From a virus (taxonomy: Duplodnaviria; Caudoviricetes), in the IMG/VR virus record IMGVR_UViG_3300037067_012456, positions 40,535 to 104,534 of that record: DNA of 64,000 nucleotides. One strand, given 5' to 3'. A program made the translations under genes and the position numbers. The notes beneath the pieces are model-generated. The model was not told the origin of the DNA. It searched no databases and was given only the letters and a program-made list of their open reading frames with translations. This document shows, piece after piece, positions 59,459 to 64,000 of the stretch; position 1 is the stretch's first letter, and the number at the start of each line of letters is the position of its first letter.

Positions 59459-59491
59459 TATGAAGTAATTTAATTTTATAGGAGCTTAAAA

Positions 59492-59719
59492 ATGGCATCA
59501 ACACATGTAGGAGACATAAAATTTACTGGTGAATCAGGAAAAGAAGGACTTATGTATGAATATACTTATCCAGGCTTAGTACTTGTAGGATATAAACTTC
59601 TTCATACTGAAACTATGCCAGCTAATTTTACTGCGGGTAATAAACTTTATTATGAATATACAACACAATCTGGTGATGGTGAAAATTGGGTAACAGTTAA
59701 TTCAATAACAGTTGTATAA
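59492..59719 (+). CDS. small hypothetical protein
   Basis: AGGAG RBS. Confidence 0.7.
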   Translation: MASTHVGDIKFTGESGKEGLMYEYTYPGLVLVGYKLLHTETMPANFTAGNKLYYEYTTQSGDGENWVTVNSITVV

Positions 59720-59769
59720 TAAAATTATATAATTTTATTATTTTTCTTAGTAAATAATAAGAGGAAGAC

Positions 59770-60822
59770 ATGTCTAAACAAAATTCTGATAAACCAATTC
59801 AAAATGATTTTTTTGGTAATCTATTTAAATCTGTTAATATTAAAGATTTTTTAGATGACGAAATTAATAAAAAAAGAATAAGAAGCGGTGCTGCTCCTAT
59901 GGATATACCACCAGTAGCTCCTATCGAGGGAGCTGCTGGTCCAGCTGTTGGAGGAATGGGTTCTCCAGCACCAGGTGGTCCTCCTCCTATTGGTGGAGCT
60001 GCTCCAGGTGGTCCTCCTCTTCCTATTGGTGGAGCTGCTCCAGGTGGTCCTCCTCCTGCAGCACCCCAACCTTTACCAATACAAAATGCTATTCCTGAAG
60101 GTATTCCCCAAATGGGACCAAAACAGGATAATGCTACTCAAGATAAAATAAACACTATTTTTGAAACCGTTTCTCAATTAGAAGATGAAATAAGAGAATT
60201 AAAACACGAAAAAAAATTAAAAGATCTTGAAGAATATGTTTATTCTAATTTAGAAGATTTAAAGAGAATAGTAAATGATTTTAGAGATAAAAAAGTTCCA
60301 TTAAGAAGTGAATATGATACTGAGGGTGTGTATAGAGAAAAATTATATGGTTTAGTAACGGAAGTTTTAGATAAACATCTTCCTGAATTATTTGAGGAAA
60401 TACCAGATTATAGTTTTATAGCAACACAAATTAGTAGAGTATTTGAAGATGGAACAGTTTGTGATGCAACAGTTACTTTAGGTATTACTGTTTCACGAGA
60501 TGGAAATAGATATGATTTTAAATGTGAAGTATTTATTGGAAATGGTTTAATTCATATGCCTTATTATATTTCAAGAGGTCCAAGAAATATACCATTAACA
60601 AAAGATGCAATTCAAAGAGAATTAAATTCCTTTTCATATAGAAAAATCAATATAGATACACCATATGAAAAAGAAAATATATATAATAATGTTGGTGAAA
60701 ATATTTTAAAAAGACAAAATCTTCAAAAAGAGTATGACAGTACTATGAGTCAAACAACTCAAAGTACTCTCCCAGCTAAACATAAATGGGAAACACAACA
60801 AAGAACACCTTATAATATTTAA
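59770..60822 (+). CDS. hypothetical protein with Pro/Gly-rich segment
   Basis: GAGG RBS. Confidence 0.75.
   Translation: MSKQNSDKPIQNDFFGNLFKSVNIKDFLDDEINKKRIRSGAAPMDIPPVAPIEGAAGPAVGGMGSPAPGGPPPIGGAAPGGPPLPIGGAAPGGPPPAAPQPLPIQNAIPEGIPQMGPKQDNATQDKINTIFETVSQLEDEIRELKHEKKLKDLEEYVYSNLEDLKRIVNDFRDKKVPLRSEYDTEGVYREKLYGLVTEVLDKHLPELFEEIPDYSFIATQISRVFEDGTVCDATVTLGITVSRDGNRYDFKCEVFIGNGLIHMPYYISRGPRNIPLTKDAIQRELNSFSYRKINIDTPYEKENIYNNVGENILKRQNLQKEYDSTMSQTTQSTLPAKHKWETQQRTPYNI
59971..60057 (+). repeat. coding repeat PGGPP(L)PIGGAA, about 2.5 copies
   Basis: 33/36-bp units. Confidence 0.85.
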
Positions 60823-60836
60823 AATTAAAGGAATAT

Positions 60837-61088
60837 ATGATGAAAAATGATAATATTTTTTCTACAAAAGATTTAGTTAGTGCTACATATATATCATATA
60901 ATGGGGTTAAATTTTCTTCTCCTGGTTATGATCTAGAAACAAAATGTTGGATATTTGAAAATCCAGATAAATGTCAAGAATTGGATTTTGAACTAAGAAA
61001 CGGTGATACTACTGTTGAAGCAATTCGTTGGGAAAGTACACGAAGACTCTTATTGGGTATGGCTAATAAAAATAAAATTAATAGATAA
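60837..61088 (+). CDS. DUF5659-like small protein
   Basis: FSTKDL..ATYI...G...WIFE pattern. Confidence 0.55.
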   Translation: MMKNDNIFSTKDLVSATYISYNGVKFSSPGYDLETKCWIFENPDKCQELDFELRNGDTTVEAIRWESTRRLLLGMANKNKINR

Positions 61089-61104
61089 TATATTTTATTG
61101 AATC

Positions 61105-61278
61105 ATGAAAAAAAGAAATAATGATTTGGAATTCTTTTTAAAAAAATTACAAGTTATTGAAAAAAAATTAAATAATATTGATTCAAAATTAAATGATATA
61201 TCTAGGCTATTAAATAATAAATCAAATGATCCTATAATTCATAAGATACAACAATGGTCACAACTGAGCGAAAAGTAG
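61105..61278 (+). CDS. 57-aa coiled-coil protein, not in the ORF track
   Basis: Manual translation MKKRNNDLEFFLKKLQVIEKKLNNIDSKL... Confidence 0.45.
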   Translation: MKKRNNDLEFFLKKLQVIEKKLNNIDSKLNDISRLLNNKSNDPIIHKIQQWSQLSEK

Positions 61279-61424
61279 AGAAAGTTAAATGGGTAAATTT
61301 TGTTATTCCAGCATCTCTCTATGAAAAATTAAAAATAAAAGCTTATTCAGAGGGTTTTTCTGTTTATAGTTTAATGAAATCTTTAGTTATCAGTTATTTA
61401 AATGATACTATTGAAATAAAATAA
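61254..61424 (+). CDS. 56-aa ribbon-helix-helix DNA-binding protein, not in the ORF track
   Basis: WVNFVIP-ASLYEKLKIKAYSEG-SVYSLMKSLVISYL. Confidence 0.7.
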   Translation: MVTTERKVEKVKWVNFVIPASLYEKLKIKAYSEGFSVYSLMKSLVISYLNDTIEIK

Positions 61425-61491
61425 TTAAAAATTTTTGTAAATAGAAATAAAATATAGAAATAATTAGAGAAATATAATAAGGAAATACTAA

Positions 61492-62805
61492 ATGGCTATA
61501 GCGGATAATAGACTTCTTTGTTTAAACTTTGAACAGAATTTATGGGATGCTAGTGATCAGCATAATAATGCTTATTCTAATAATCCAATATATATTGAAA
61601 GAGCAACAAATAATTATGCAATTACTAATGCTGCAATAACTGATAATATTCTTTATCTTCCTTTGGATAGTTTTAGGCATGATGCATTTACTGTTGCTTT
61701 TTGGTTTAATACTCCCTCTACTAATTCAGCAGATATAACCGTTCATTTTGGTGAATGGTGGCTAAATGGATATTGCTATCATATTCACAACAATGGTATA
61801 ACTATACCAATGCACATGCCAGAAGGATATACTGATTATCAAATAACTGGAACTATTCCTAATAATGAATGGCATCATATGACTTACACCTTCAATATGG
61901 TCTCCGGTGCAAGTCCTGATCATGGTGGAACAATTACTGCCTATCTAGATGGTGTACTTTTTGGATCTTGTACTCCAAATTATTGGTATCCTTCAATTGA
62001 GGGTGGACCTGGTGAATTTCGATTTTTTAATTCAAGTTGGATTGGATCTATTGATTTACTTCAATATTGGGATAGAATTTTAACAACTGAAGAAATAGCA
62101 CAGTTACCTGTATATACATATTCTTATTCAAATCCAACTATAACAGAAACTTTAACATCTACTTTGAGTGAATGGCCTTGTAATGAAGGAACAGGAACCA
62201 CTATTAATGATTCGAATAGTATTAATGATTTAATAGATGTTGCTGATTTAAATTGGGTTACCGGTCATTCTGATAATAGTTATGCATATGATCCCTATTT
62301 AAATTATGTAGATGCACAATCCGTTACAATAAATTCTGATGGTGGTTTGAGTCTTGCTTGGTGGGTTAAAGTTCCTTCTGGGCTATCTAGAAATGGTATT
62401 GGAGCATTATTTAGATTTAATGGTGGTGCATTATATATACATGGTTCTTTTGTTAATACAAATAGAATAACGCATGGAATTAATGGAGGACAAACCTCTA
62501 CATATATTTCATTAGATGAGTGGAATCATATTGGACTTGTTTTAACAGGAACAACCTATCAATGGTACATTAATGGTTATGCTGATGTTTCTGGAAGTTT
62601 TTCATATGATTTAACTACATTAAATAATTTGCAATTTGGTGGATTTGATGCGGGTGCTATTTATCAGGGATATGTAAACACGGTTTATTTATGGAATACA
62701 GCAATTACCCAGAGCGATATTATTTCAGCAATGGAATTACCAGAAGAAATTCCTCCTACACCAACAAACAGAAATGGTATTGTAATTATTATAGCTAATC
62801 ATTAG
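61492..62805 (+). CDS. virion protein with two LamG/concanavalin A-like domains
   Basis: FTVAFW...WHHM..T...YLDG, repeated as LSLAWW...WNHI...YING. Confidence 0.85.
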   Translation: MAIADNRLLCLNFEQNLWDASDQHNNAYSNNPIYIERATNNYAITNAAITDNILYLPLDSFRHDAFTVAFWFNTPSTNSADITVHFGEWWLNGYCYHIHNNGITIPMHMPEGYTDYQITGTIPNNEWHHMTYTFNMVSGASPDHGGTITAYLDGVLFGSCTPNYWYPSIEGGPGEFRFFNSSWIGSIDLLQYWDRILTTEEIAQLPVYTYSYSNPTITETLTSTLSEWPCNEGTGTTINDSNSINDLIDVADLNWVTGHSDNSYAYDPYLNYVDAQSVTINSDGGLSLAWWVKVPSGLSRNGIGALFRFNGGALYIHGSFVNTNRITHGINGGQTSTYISLDEWNHIGLVLTGTTYQWYINGYADVSGSFSYDLTTLNNLQFGGFDAGAIYQGYVNTVYLWNTAITQSDIISAMELPEEIPPTPTNRNGIVIIIANH

Positions 62806-62813
62806 GATAGAAA

Positions 62814-64000
62814 ATGCCGAGATTTTGTAAATGGAAAGCCAATACTAAATTGCATGGATATAGTGCATCAATAATTAGAGGACCACATCCTTCAAAATTT
62901 GTGGGTTTTTCTAATTCTGGTCCTTTACAAAATAGTAGCTTTTTCATAATCTCTTCTTTTATGCAAGATCCAGATGATGATGCATATGATACTACATATA
63001 ATGCTGAAGCACTTGCAGCTATTGGAGTTAATACAATATTTGCATGTAGTATTGAAACAGCACAAATGGCAAGTAAACTTGAAAGATGGAAAGATAATGG
63101 AATATATATTTTTTTAGATTTAACTACTTATTCTGGTCAAACAGTTTCTTGGGCATTAGATTTTTTAGGATCTAATCCTACATATAATAGTACTATTATA
63201 GGATGGATAACTGTTGAAGATGAATCTGATGGTAAATATAATCTTAGTGATGCTTGTTCACCTTTAGTAGTATTAGCAAATGCTACTACTGCTAGACAAA
63301 CAGATCCAACCAGACCTCTTTCTTGTACTTATACTGGTGCTATGGTAAGATCAGAACCAATGGAATGGTATCATCCCGAAGAAGTATTAAATCAAAATAA
63401 TACAACTGGAACTTATCAAGGAGATATGGACGCATATTCAGAAGCACCAAATATTTGTTTGTTTGATAAGTATCCAATGACAGGAGAATTATATGCACCA
63501 GTAGATCCTGAGTATTCTACAGATAGTGAAGGTAATCCTGCATATTATGGGGGAATGTGGGTAGCCGGTAGAACTATTGATGGTATTCGTGCTAATATCT
63601 GGAGAGTTAATGAAGAATGTCCTATTATAGCTGCACTAGAAGATGCAAATCCCTGGGAAGAAGATGCAGCTAGGCACACAGGACCAACACCAAGTCAATT
63701 AAAACAAATGGTTCAAATGTGTATTGTTCACGGTGCGAGAGGTATTTTATGGTTTGGACATACATGGGGAAATGATGGTAACGGAAGTCCTGGTTCGTTT
63801 AATTCTTTAACAGCGGCTAATCAATATCAAATAGCAGATAAAATGGCAGCACTTACTGAAATTCATGCGTGGGTTCAAGATTTAGCACCAGTATTAAATT
63901 CCCCTACTCTTGGAACAATATACTATGGGGGGGATAATTATCAGCTAGAAGGTAAAGAGTTATTACCTAGTGGATACTCTGTAGTATCATCAACAGGTGT
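62814..64000 (+). CDS. clan GH-A-like TIM-barrel glycoside hydrolase (partial; runs off the window)
   Basis: Manual translation open to the end: IGVNT, IIGW..EDE, DPTRP, FDKYP, HGARGILWF. Confidence 0.7.
   Translation, partial: MPRFCKWKANTKLHGYSASIIRGPHPSKFVGFSNSGPLQNSSFFIISSFMQDPDDDAYDTTYNAEALAAIGVNTIFACSIETAQMASKLERWKDNGIYIFLDLTTYSGQTVSWALDFLGSNPTYNSTIIGWITVEDESDGKYNLSDACSPLVVLANATTARQTDPTRPLSCTYTGAMVRSEPMEWYHPEEVLNQNNTTGTYQGDMDAYSEAPNICLFDKYPMTGELYAPVDPEYSTDSEGNPAYYGGMWVAGRTIDGIRANIWRVNEECPIIAALEDANPWEEDAARHTGPTPSQLKQMVQMCIVHGARGILWFGHTWGNDGNGSPGSFNSLTAANQYQIADKMAALTEIHAWVQDLAPVLNSPTLGTIYYGGDNYQLEGKELLPSGYSVVSSTG

Noticed and set aside
1-64000. Stop-codon reassignment, tRNA genes, terminase large subunit
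   Set aside because: Genes are full length and tightly packed in code 11 with all three stops used. No cloverleaf or terminase ATPase motifs were seen by eye; tRNAscan was not run.

Overview
Very AT-rich segment of a large, jumbo-like tailed dsDNA phage in the standard genetic code. Bases 1-20951 are a minus-strand early/replication arm. It carries phosphoesterases, an SGNH hydrolase, an intein-split class II ribonucleotide reductase, a GIY-YIG endonuclease, SbcCD and a replication-initiator-like gene. Bases 21120-64000 are a plus-strand virion module with putative internal head proteins, portal, Zn-finger prohead protease, scaffold, decoration protein, major capsid, a putative adaptor, a LamG protein and a glycoside hydrolase. 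A 14-gene sugar synthesis/transfer island (45231-56346) sits inside this module. The most striking unexplained element is at 5080-5260: three tandem stem-loops with covarying stems, an invariant TCCTATT motif and 18-20 nt variable loops. They lie between a sigma70-like promoter and a 640-aa gene with a TerD-like C-terminus, making a candidate small-RNA/protein system. Head proteins are also densely marked by K-x-A motifs, suggesting polyprotein-like maturation. All product calls come from motif recognition by eye; no database searches were run.
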